Shown piece after piece: positions 7,125 through 16,404 of a stretch of 24,000 bases of DNA; the stretch's first letter is position 1, and every line of letters begins with the position of its first letter. Source of the DNA: Segniliparus rugosus ATCC BAA-974 (GTDB lineage: Bacteria > Actinomycetota > Actinomycetes > Mycobacteriales > Mycobacteriaceae); assembly GCF_000185725.2 (NCBI RefSeq), contig NZ_KI391954.1, positions 1,002,185 through 1,026,184 on the forward strand. The letters are read 5' to 3'. Under the pieces are notes generated by a model. It was not told where the DNA came from and did no database searches. It saw only the letters and a list, made by a program, of their open reading frames with translations. The position numbers and the translations under genes were made by a program.

Positions 7125-8552
7125 ATGACCACGCCATGGCGGCAGCGGAACATCACGTTGCGGGCGCGGCTCGGGATCCTGTCCGCGTCTTTGGTGGCGG
7201 CGGCCGTGGTGGTGCTGACGGTCACGGCGTATATCGTCGTGAGCCGGGCTCTGTACGACAACGTGGACGAGCAGCTGCGGGCCCGCGAGGCGCTCATGAT
7301 CGGCTCGGTGGACCAGACCCGCGCGGTCCTGCAGTCGGCGGAGGCTCCGATTGTCGGAGACGAGATGTTCAACGTGATGCTGGTGCGCGAGGACGGCCAG
7401 GCGTTCGAATTCGGCCAAGTCCCCTTCGGCTCAGCGGAGCGCGAGGTGGCGCACGGGCTGCGGGCGGAGTCGCTGCGGACGTTCCGGGGACAACGAGTGC
7501 TCGCGCACAAGCTGCCGGAGGGCGAGACGCTCATTCTGGCCCGCCCGCTCGCGCCGATCGACGAGCTGACCGACCGTCTGGCGTGGATCTCCGTGCTGGT
7601 CGGCCTGTGCGGGGTCGTCGTCGCGGCAGTGATGGGGCTCGCCGTCGCCGCGACCGGCCTCGCTCCGGTCGGGCGGCTCACCGCCGCGGCCGAGCGGATC
7701 GCCCGGACCAACGACTTGACGCCGATACCGGTCAGCGGGCACGACGAGCTGGCCCGTCTGACCGAGAGCTTCAACGCCATGCTGCGCGCGCTCGCGGAGT
7801 CGAGATTCCGGCAAAAACGCCTCGTCGAGGACGCGGGCCATGAGCTGCGCACGCCGCTCACGTCGCTGCGCACGAACGTGGAGCTGCTCATCGCCTCGTC
7901 GCAGGAGGGAGCCGCGCCCGTGTCGGAGAAGGACATGGCGGATCTGCGCGCCGACGTGCTCGCCCAAATCGAGGAGTTCTCGACCTTGGTGGCGGACTTG
8001 GTCGACCTCGCGAGAGAGGACGCGCCGGATCCGGCAGAAGGACAGGTGGACCTCAGCGAGGTCGTCGACAGCTGCGTGGAGCGGGTGCGCCGCAGGCGTG
8101 GGGATGTGGAGTTCGACGTCCGCCTCTCGCCGTGGTTCCTGCGAGGCGACCCGGCGAGCGTGGCGCGGGGCGTGCTCAACGTGCTCGACAACGCGGCGAA
8201 GTGGAGCCCGGCGGGGGGCAGGGTCGAGGTGCGGCTGCGCGAGGTCGAGCCTCCGCCCGAAGCCGTCGGCGGCGCTCCCCGGCTGGTCGAACTCGTTGTC
8301 GCGGACGAGGGGCCCGGCATCCCGGAGGAAGACAGGGCGCTTGTCTTCGAGCGGTTCTACCGGGCCACGTCCGCCCGCTCGATGCCGGGGTCAGGGCTCG
8401 GGCTCGCGATCGTCAAGCAGGTCATGGCCCGGCACGGTGGGAGCGTGTCCGCAGAATCCTCGCCGAGCGGCGGTGCGTTGGTGCGAATGGTCTTCCCCGG
8501 CAGCCCGACGCTCGCGGTCCCCGAAGAGAGCCCAGGTCACGAACAGGTCTAA
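7125..8552 (+). CDS. mprB: Sensor histidine kinase MprB (two TM segments, HAMP, HisKA, HATPase)
   Basis: H-box HELRTPLTSL, N-box VLDNAAKWSP and G-boxes DEGPGIP / GSGLGLAIVKQV. An in-frame stop at 7089-7091 rules out an earlier start. Confidence 0.9.
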   Translation: MTTPWRQRNITLRARLGILSASLVAAAVVVLTVTAYIVVSRALYDNVDEQLRAREALMIGSVDQTRAVLQSAEAPIVGDEMFNVMLVREDGQAFEFGQVPFGSAEREVAHGLRAESLRTFRGQRVLAHKLPEGETLILARPLAPIDELTDRLAWISVLVGLCGVVVAAVMGLAVAATGLAPVGRLTAAAERIARTNDLTPIPVSGHDELARLTESFNAMLRALAESRFRQKRLVEDAGHELRTPLTSLRTNVELLIASSQEGAAPVSEKDMADLRADVLAQIEEFSTLVADLVDLAREDAPDPAEGQVDLSEVVDSCVERVRRRRGDVEFDVRLSPWFLRGDPASVARGVLNVLDNAAKWSPAGGRVEVRLREVEPPPEAVGGAPRLVELVVADEGPGIPEEDRALVFERFYRATSARSMPGSGLGLAIVKQVMARHGGSVSAESSPSGGALVRMVFPGSPTLAVPEESPGHEQV

Positions 8553-8589
8553 CCGCTAGCCAACTTCTCAGGATCTCGCTAGTCTGACT

Positions 8590-8608
8590 CTTAGCTGACA
8601 TTTAGCTT
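8590..8608 (+). promoter_or_regulatory. 8-3-8 direct repeat (CTTAGCTG aca TTTAGCTT), candidate MprA-type box upstream of pepD
   Basis: Same architecture and near-identical half-site (CTTAGCT) as the repeat at 6233-6251. It lies in the mprB-pepD spacer. Confidence 0.35.
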
Positions 8609-8648
8609 GGGGCTCCATCATGGTCGCAACCCCCAGGTAGCAACTGAC

Positions 8649-10108
<1,460 letters not shown>

Positions 10109-10109
<1 letters not shown>

Positions 10110-10678
10110 TGTCGGAGCGCTCGAAGATCTCTGTTCACCCAAAGGCCCAGGCGTCGGACCTGTCGGCTACGGTGTCAACCGTGGTGCATGTGTCGAAGGC
10201 GATCGGTCGGGCGTTAGTCGTGGTGGTGGATGATCGGGCCGCGTCAGGCCACCCAGAGGACCAGCTCGGCGCGTTGGTGAAGGAGCTTCTGAACGAGGGG
10301 GGTTTCCACGTCGACGCGATCGTCGTGGTCCCCTCCGATATGGCGGACATCAGAAACGCGCTCAACACCGCCGTGATCGGCGGCGTTGACCTGGTGGTTT
10401 CGGTCGGCGGCGTGGGGGTGTCCGATCGGGACGTGACGCCGGAGGCGACTTTGGAGCTCATAGATTTGCAGCTGCCCGGCATCGAACAGGCGTTGCGCGC
10501 TTCCGGACTGTCGGCCGGATCGATCGAGGCGGGCATATCGCGCGGGGCTGCAGGAGTGTCGGGCAGCACGCTCGTGGTGAACCTCGCCGGGACGCGGCCA
10601 GCCGTTCGGGACGGGATGGCCACCTTGATCCCTCTGGCGGAGAACGTCATTCATCAACTTTCGGTGCTGGACGACTGA
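10109..10678 (+). CDS. moaB: MoaB/MogA-family molybdopterin-binding domain protein (MoaB2-like)
   Basis: Motifs DLVVSVGGVGVSDRDVTPEAT and LVVNLAGTRPAVRDG are typical of the MoCF_biosynth domain. The start (GTGATG) overlaps the pepD stop. Its position matches M. tuberculosis Rv0984. Confidence 0.85.
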
Positions 10679-10800
10679 ACATTAGGTGAACAAATATCGA
10701 CCGGAGGGAATCGGTATTTTGTTTCTGTTGCGCAAGTTGCGGCAGTGCATTCTACGACTGTGGCATTTGCCTATGATCCAACCCACTTCTTTGTTCACTT

Positions 10801-10816
10801 TGTGATATTAATCACT
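10801..10816. promoter_or_regulatory. CRP/GlxR-like palindrome TGTGA-TATTAA-TCACT
   Basis: Matches the TGTGA-N6-TCACA consensus at 9 of 10 half-site positions. It sits in an AT-rich non-coding stretch of a roughly 70% GC sequence. Confidence 0.4.
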
Positions 10817-11193
10817 TTAAATGCCCCGTTTCCGCCTTACCGATCTGGGCGAGGTGTGCAACGATCTGATTGCTAGATCGATGACGCTCTAGTAACGGTT
10901 CGGCCCAAGTGCGACGGCGGCCACGATTTGTGGTCGCCGTTGTTGGATTTGTGGTCAGCCCGCGCGGAAGCGATCGGGAACGGCGTTGAGCTGCCGTTGC
11001 CCCCGGCCTCGCTATCCAAAGGCTCCGGAGGTCCGGTCGTCTTGTGGGGATCACGATTTGATAACGTACCGGAACGGGTCGGAATAATGATGGCTCCGCG
11101 GCGCTGCGGAACTGCTGCCGGACCCAGCCCAAGACAACAGCGAGAACAGCCGAACTGTTAATCCACCAGTGTGATTTGAGGAGAATCAGGTCT

Positions 11194-11853
11194 ATGAAAG
11201 CTCAAGGACGCGTCCGCCGGTGCGCGACGATGCTCGCGGCTGGTGCGCTTGCGCTCGGCTGGGGCGCTTTCGACGCGAATCTGGCCCACGCGGATGTCTG
11301 GTACGACCTGGACGACGCGGAGCGCAGCGTCACGAACGACGAGGGCACCTATGTGGATCTGAAGTTCTACGACAACCACGTGCTGGTGTCGCAGGACCTT
11401 TCGGCGAACGGCGCGGGGCGGACGGCTTGGACGAGCGGGACTATCTACGCGAGGATCACCGGGCCCGCTGTGGACGGGAAGAGCCCGCTCGAACTCACGA
11501 ACAACTACAACCAGTACGGCATCATCATCCGCAGCGGATACGATGTCGGCTGCCAGGTGAACATCCAGGGCCTCAGCGCTGGCCTGAACTTCGCGGGGAC
11601 GCTGAACGGGCTCGGAGTCGGCGTCGGCGGCAGCCTCACCATCCCGCTCAACCCCGGGCAGGTGGCCCGCATCGAGATCGCCTATCGCGACACCTTGGGC
11701 GCGGGGGAGTATTACTTGCAGTACACCGACGTCGGTCTCACCACGCAGCTTTGCGGCGGTTACGCGGCGGCGCGCGCCTACGCGATCGTCCAGGTCCCGA
11801 GTAACTTCTATGTACTGAACACGGTCTATGGCACTCCGTTCAACATGGGCTGA
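11194..11853 (+). CDS. MspA-family outer-membrane porin (paralogue 1)
   Basis: RBS GAGGAG lies 10 nt before the ATG. Signal peptide ends AHA|DV. The C-terminus ...AAARAYAIVQVPSNFYVLNTVYGTPFNMG parallels MspA ...LRPFARLIASTGDSVTTYGEPWNMN. An internal GYDVGCQVNIQG parallels MspA GYQIGFPWSLG. Confidence 0.8.
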   Translation: MKAQGRVRRCATMLAAGALALGWGAFDANLAHADVWYDLDDAERSVTNDEGTYVDLKFYDNHVLVSQDLSANGAGRTAWTSGTIYARITGPAVDGKSPLELTNNYNQYGIIIRSGYDVGCQVNIQGLSAGLNFAGTLNGLGVGVGGSLTIPLNPGQVARIEIAYRDTLGAGEYYLQYTDVGLTTQLCGGYAAARAYAIVQVPSNFYVLNTVYGTPFNMG

Positions 11854-11926
11854 CCTCGAAGGCCGCAGAAGCGAGACCTCACGACAACGACGTAAGGCAC
11901 ATACGGGAGCAAAGGAGACCATCATT

Positions 11927-12982
11927 ATGGGAAGCTGGAAACATGCGCGCGGCGTGCGGCGCGCGCTGGCGGGGTTGACCGCCGGGCTGAGCGCGTGGGG
12001 TGCGGTGCTCTCGTCCTCAGGGGCGGCGTTCGCGGACAACACGGTGGATTTGCCGGACGACTCGATCACGCAGACGCTGCCGGACGGGACAGCGGTGACG
12101 TTGTCGGTTCGCGACCAGTACGCGATCATCTCGCCTGCGATGGTGGCGGTGCAGACTTCGCGGAACATGTGGGCGAACGGCACGGTGCGGGTGGATATCG
12201 AGGGGCATAGCGACGAGGGCCGCATCACCCCCGGCTACATCGTCGGCTGCCAGTTCACCTTCGGCGCGCAGGCGGGCGGCTCGTTCAACGGCGGCACCGG
12301 CAACACCGGCACCGGGCTGAACGCGGCTGCGATCGGCGGGGCGCTGAACGCGCAGAACCTGCAGGGGGTCGGCACCGCGCTCGGCCCGGTCGCCTCGTCG
12401 TACTTGCCGAGCGGGAGCATCGGGTTCTCCATCGGACCTGGCCAGGCGGTGGACTACCCGATGCTGCGGATCGAGGAGCCGGACGACTACGGCAACCAGA
12501 CCTTTGACTCTTACTTCGCGTTCGCGGGCAACCACGGCGGGATCAGCTACACGGATGTGACGTTCAAGGTGGACGGTTGCGCCGGGTACGCCCAGGCGCG
12601 GCCTTACACGCGTGTGCGTATCAAGAACTCCAAGACCATGGCGTTCATCATGATCTGGGGGCCCCCTTCAGCATTGGCTGATTCCGGGCTGGAAATCAGG
12701 AAGAAGCCTGCAAGAGAAAGAAGGAGGTCTTCCGCTCGCCGAGCGGAAGACCTCCTTCTTTTCGTTTCGGTCGGGCCTTGGGATCAGAACGAGGGGTCGC
12801 TCTTTTCGGGAGCTGCGGCGTGCAGGCCGCCTTGGGCCGACGCGGCTTTCGTCTGCGCGGCGAGAAGGTCGCGGATTTGCTCGAGAAGCTCGATCTCCGA
12901 GGGCGGCGCTTCGGACTCGGGAATTTCTTTCGTCTTACGCAGATCGGTGAGCGTGTTGAGCGGCAGCACGATGAAGAAGTAG
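11927..12982 (+). CDS. MspA-family porin (paralogue 2). The 3' end appears frameshifted and the conserved end would be at 12681
   Basis: RBS AAGGAG upstream and signal peptide ending AFA|DN. GYIVGCQFTFG and ...AQARPYTRVRIKNSKTMAFIMIWG match the family. After the G5C5 run (12657-12666) the as-encoded frame continues about 100 aa through a terminator hairpin and antisense to mscL. Confidence 0.75.
   Translation: MGSWKHARGVRRALAGLTAGLSAWGAVLSSSGAAFADNTVDLPDDSITQTLPDGTAVTLSVRDQYAIISPAMVAVQTSRNMWANGTVRVDIEGHSDEGRITPGYIVGCQFTFGAQAGGSFNGGTGNTGTGLNAAAIGGALNAQNLQGVGTALGPVASSYLPSGSIGFSIGPGQAVDYPMLRIEEPDDYGNQTFDSYFAFAGNHGGISYTDVTFKVDGCAGYAQARPYTRVRIKNSKTMAFIMIWGPPSALADSGLEIRKKPARERRRSSARRAEDLLLFVSVGPWDQNEGSLFSGAAACRPPWADAAFVCAARRSRICSRSSISEGGASDSGISFVLRRSVSVLSGSTMKK
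12718..12768. terminator. Bidirectional intrinsic terminator between the porin operon and mscL
   Basis: Perfect 20-bp stem AAGAAGGAGGTCTTCCGCTC / GAGCGGAAGACCTCCTTCTT with loop GCC. It is followed by TTCGTTTC on the plus strand and by a U-rich run on the minus strand. Confidence 0.85.
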
Positions 12983-13248
12983 ATGATGGCCGCGACCAGG
13001 ATGAAGTTGATCGCCGCGGAGATGACCGCGCCGAAGTCCAAGAACGTGGCGGGATTGTCTTTGAGGATCTTGAAGCCCAGCCCGGCGGTCGCGTGGTCGC
13101 CGCCGAGGACAGCGATGAGCGGCTGAATGATCTTATTGGTGAATGCGGTGACAATAGCGGTGAACGCAGCTCCGACCACCACCGCGACAGCGAGATCGAC
13201 GACGTTGCCCCGCAAGAGGAATTTCTTAAAACCGCCTAACACAGCCAT
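12784..13248 (-). CDS. mscL: Large-conductance mechanosensitive channel MscL
   Basis: GFKKFLLRGNVVDLAVAVVVGAAFTAIVTAF...AAINFILVAAIIYFFIVLPLN is the MscL signature. ATG 13248 is preferred over TTG 13272 by alignment with the M. tuberculosis MscL N-terminus (MLKGFKEFLARGN). Confidence 0.9.
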   Translation of the reverse strand: MAVLGGFKKFLLRGNVVDLAVAVVVGAAFTAIVTAFTNKIIQPLIAVLGGDHATAGLGFKILKDNPATFLDFGAVISAAINFILVAAIIYFFIVLPLNTLTDLRKTKEIPESEAPPSEIELLEQIRDLLAAQTKAASAQGGLHAAAPEKSDPSF

Positions 13249-13357
13249 GGCTCCTGTTGTTCCTTTCGACAAAATGAGGGATCGCCGAGGGGGTGTGCGA
13301 TCTCGGCTTCTTCACGCTAGCAGGGAAAGAGCACGGACGGATGGGGTTCGCCCGTCC

Positions 13358-14041
13358 TCAGCGCAAGATCACTGTGACGGGCTGGACCAGGGTCGCGGCG
13401 GCGACCGTCTGCGCCGGTTTGTCCGCCATGGCGATCAGGGCGACGCGTCCCTCCGGGGAGCGGGAGCGCTCCGGCTCGGAGACGAGCAGCACCACGGCCC
13501 CCCGTGCGAGCACTTCGGGAGGCCTGAGCCCGGTTTGCTTCGTCGTGGCGTCTTCCGGCAATCCCGATTGGCGTTGCGGCACGGTGATCACGTCCACGAC
13601 GTCGCCGGGCCGGAGCATATCGGCGAGCGCCTGGTCGGGAAGACGGACGGGCACGATTCGGGCCTCTGGGACGGAGGTCGCGAGCTGGGCGAGCCTTGGC
13701 GCGATCACGCGTGCGTCCGTGAGCGTCTCGCCGGTCCGGACGGGGCCTGCGACGGTCCGTCCGACGAGCTGCTCCGCCGCGGTGGCGGCGCCCTCGGGGA
13801 CTTGGTCGGGCGGAAGGCGACGGATCCCGAGGTCGGCGGGCAGCAGCGCGGCCCCTGGCTTGAGATCGTGCGCCGCGACGACCACGGGGAGTTCGCCGGG
13901 ATGCAGCTGCGCCCGGACGGCAAGACCGGCGGCGAGCAGGAGCAGCAACGTTGCGGCGATCCGACGGGCTGCGACGAGCCGCCACCAGCTCAACCTTGCG
14001 TACCACGCGGTGAATGTCGAAAAATGTGCGGATGTGCCCAT
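13358..14041 (-). CDS. SAF-domain protein (CpaB/RcpC-like, N-terminal TM anchor)
   Basis: N-terminal TM helix AATLLLLLAAGLAV followed by VVVAAHDLKPGAALLPADL...VAGPVRTGETLT, typical of SAF domains. Its position matches M. tuberculosis Rv0990c. Confidence 0.7.
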   Translation of the reverse strand: MGTSAHFSTFTAWYARLSWWRLVAARRIAATLLLLLAAGLAVRAQLHPGELPVVVAAHDLKPGAALLPADLGIRRLPPDQVPEGAATAAEQLVGRTVAGPVRTGETLTDARVIAPRLAQLATSVPEARIVPVRLPDQALADMLRPGDVVDVITVPQRQSGLPEDATTKQTGLRPPEVLARGAVVLLVSEPERSRSPEGRVALIAMADKPAQTVAAATLVQPVTVILR

Positions 14042-14144
14042 GGCTCGACCCTAATCCGCTCGAGGGCTCGCGCTCGGCGTTTCACGGCGGTTGTGGACAA
14101 CGAATGCGTGTTCTCCACAGGGGAGTCGGACGAGGCTCCCGCGA

Positions 14145-14477
14145 TTAGCTCGCGGCGGCGGGAGCCGATGCGCTTCCCGAGCTGGAGCCCGGAGAGCTCG
14201 AACCCGCGCTGGACGCGGTTGACGTGGCCGGGGCTGCGGCTGAGGAGCTACTCGCGCTCTCGCTCGAAGGCTTGCTGGAGTTCGTGGAAGCGCCGCCCGA
14301 GCCCCGCGCGTCGGTGCGGTAGAAACCGCTGCCCTTGAAGACCACGCCGACCGAGTCGAAGACTTTGCGCAGCCGTCCTTGGCATTGCTCGCACACGGTC
14401 AACGAAGGATCGGAGAAGGACTGCACGATGTCGAAGCGGTTATCGCATTGGGTGCAGGCATACGAATAGGTCGGCAT
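14145..14477 (-). CDS. FmdB-family zinc-ribbon protein with Ser-rich tail (Rv0991c-like)
   Basis: MPTYSYACTQCDNRFDIVQSF...CEQCQGRLRKVFDSVGVVFKGSGFY carries two CxxC pairs and is followed by a Ser/Ala-rich disordered tail. Confidence 0.9.
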   Translation of the reverse strand: MPTYSYACTQCDNRFDIVQSFSDPSLTVCEQCQGRLRKVFDSVGVVFKGSGFYRTDARGSGGASTNSSKPSSESASSSSAAAPATSTASSAGSSSPGSSSGSASAPAAAS

Positions 14478-14564
14478 ACCACGGATTTTAGCAGTCTCGA
14501 GAACAGAGTGCCAGATTCGCTCGGGCGAGAGGGCTGCGTCCAGGAGGCGGTCCTCTCGTCCGGA

Positions 14565-16196
14565 CTAATCGAGCGTCGCCAGGGTCGTCCGGAGCACTTT
14601 GCCCGACGGGTTGCGAGGCAGCTCCGGCAGCACGTGGAATTGCTTGGGGATCTTGTAGCGCTCGAGCGAATCGCGCAGGAACGCCTTGAGCGCGTCGTCT
14701 TCGACACGCGCGGCCCCCTGCCGCAGCACGAGGAAGGCCCGCAGGCATTGTCCGAACTCGGAGTCAGGAACGCCGACGACGGCGGCGTCCGCGACCGATG
14801 GATGGGCGAGCAGCGCCTCCTCGACCTCGCTCGGGAAGATGTTCTCGCCGCCCGAGACGATCATGTCGTCCTCCCTGCCGTCCACGTACAGCAGGCCTTT
14901 GGCGTCGAAATGCCCCATGTCTCCGGTGGAGATATGGCCGGCGACGACTTCTTTCGCCTTGACTTTCGCGTTCGGGTCCGGCGTGTAGCCCGCATAGGCC
15001 GCAGTGCCTTTCGCGAAGATGACTCCGGACTCGCCGACGGCGGCCTCGGTGCGGTCGGGGCGCAGGATCTTCACCGACGCGCCGACGATGGGCCTGCCGA
15101 CGGTCGCGGGCTCCTCGGCGAGGTCTCTCGGGTCGGCGAACGAGATGATCCCGAGTTCGGTGGTGCCGTAGCCGTTGACCGCAACCGGGCCGAACGCGGC
15201 GGTGAAATCGCGGACCACCGGGGCGGGCAGGAGCGCGCCCCCGGAAAGCACCAGTTTGAGCGAGGACATGTCGCGTGCGCGCTCCGCAGCGCGCGCGGCC
15301 TCGGTCAGCCGGGCGAGGACGGTGGGGACCGTCATGATCACTTCGACCCCGTGCTCCTCGATGTCCCGATAGAGCAGGTCGGCGGAGTACCGGCGGCGGA
15401 TGAGCACGGTGTCGCCGAGGGCGAGGAAGCCAAGGCCCGCCGCGATCCCGAGCCCGTGGAAGAGCGGGCTGGTCACTGCGGCGACTTGTCCCGAGCGCAG
15501 TCGCGTTGCTGCGAGCGCCGAGGCGAGGGTGAACAGGCCCGCGACGGGCCGGATCGCCCTGGGCACCCCTTTCGGGGCTCCGGTGGTGCCGGAGGTCAGC
15601 AGGGTCATTTCCACCGGAAGCAGGGACGGCGTGCGCCGCCGCCGTCCGGCGGTCTTCCTCGGGACGGCTGAGGGATCTGTGGGGACCGCCCTTCGCCCGG
15701 TGTAGCCGGCTTCGTCGAGCGTCTGCCCGAGATCCTCGTCGTGCAGCATGAGGTCGATGCCGTGGCGCGAGAGCAGGGGGGCGAGCTGTTTGGCGGTGAG
15801 GTCGTAGTTGATGAACACGATTTCTTTGCCGAGCAGGCAGCCCGCGAGCAGGGCGATGACGAAGCCCCGGTGATTGCGGCAGAACACGCCGACCGAGTGG
15901 GCACGACGGCTTTGGAGCTCTTGGTAGGAGGCGGCCAGCGCGTCAGCGAGGGCTTCGCTCTCGCCGACGAGATCGCGGTACGTCAGCTTGCCGTCGTCGT
16001 CCACCAGCGCGACGCGCTCCGGCCAGCGGGCGGCGGAGATGGCGATCGGCAGGGCCGCGGTCGGGCCGAAGCGCCAGAACGCTGAGAACATCCTGCTCGC
16101 TGCGCGAGGACCGGGCGGGACCAGCATTTTCGAACGCAGCACTGCGGTTCCTGCGGCTCCGAGCTGGCGGAGATCCTCTTTGTCGAGCCAAGGCAT
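14565..16196 (-). CDS. AMP-dependent acyl-CoA synthetase/ligase (FadD family)
   Basis: Motifs LLTSGTTGAPKGV, GYGTTE, TGDMG...DGREDDMIVSGGENI and PSGKVLR. ATG 16196 (MPWLDKEDL, GGGAG 9 nt upstream) is preferred over the ORF maximum at 16337. Confidence 0.85.
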   Translation of the reverse strand: MPWLDKEDLRQLGAAGTAVLRSKMLVPPGPRAASRMFSAFWRFGPTAALPIAISAARWPERVALVDDDGKLTYRDLVGESEALADALAASYQELQSRRAHSVGVFCRNHRGFVIALLAGCLLGKEIVFINYDLTAKQLAPLLSRHGIDLMLHDEDLGQTLDEAGYTGRRAVPTDPSAVPRKTAGRRRRTPSLLPVEMTLLTSGTTGAPKGVPRAIRPVAGLFTLASALAATRLRSGQVAAVTSPLFHGLGIAAGLGFLALGDTVLIRRRYSADLLYRDIEEHGVEVIMTVPTVLARLTEAARAAERARDMSSLKLVLSGGALLPAPVVRDFTAAFGPVAVNGYGTTELGIISFADPRDLAEEPATVGRPIVGASVKILRPDRTEAAVGESGVIFAKGTAAYAGYTPDPNAKVKAKEVVAGHISTGDMGHFDAKGLLYVDGREDDMIVSGGENIFPSEVEEALLAHPSVADAAVVGVPDSEFGQCLRAFLVLRQGAARVEDDALKAFLRDSLERYKIPKQFHVLPELPRNPSGKVLRTTLATLD

Positions 16197-16404
16197 GGTC
16201 ACGCTCCCGTCTTCTCGTCGTCGGCTGCTGTCCGCGCGCGAGGCCCGAGGGCCGAACGCGCGTCCGGACTCGTCCAGAGCCCTCGCGTCTGCGGATTGTC
16301 CAACTCGCCCATACAGCCTTCCTGTGCGCGCCATCACGCCGCGCGCGTTCTCATGAGGCTATCGCAAAGGTTTCGCGGACCGAGGGTCCGGGGTAGTTTC
16401 GCGG

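Noticed and set aside
10812-11161. ORFs 10812..11132 (-) and 10928..11161 (+) in the AT-rich porin leader
   Set aside because: They have no RBS, show odd composition, and overlap each other on opposite strands inside a region with regulatory-looking repeats. I treat them as non-coding.
16369-16403. Direct repeat GTTTCGCGG x2 flanking a short hairpin CGGACC-gag-GGTCCG just downstream of the ccdA stop
   Set aside because: The stem is only 6 bp with no U-tract, so it is at best a weak terminator. Nothing supports a specific function.
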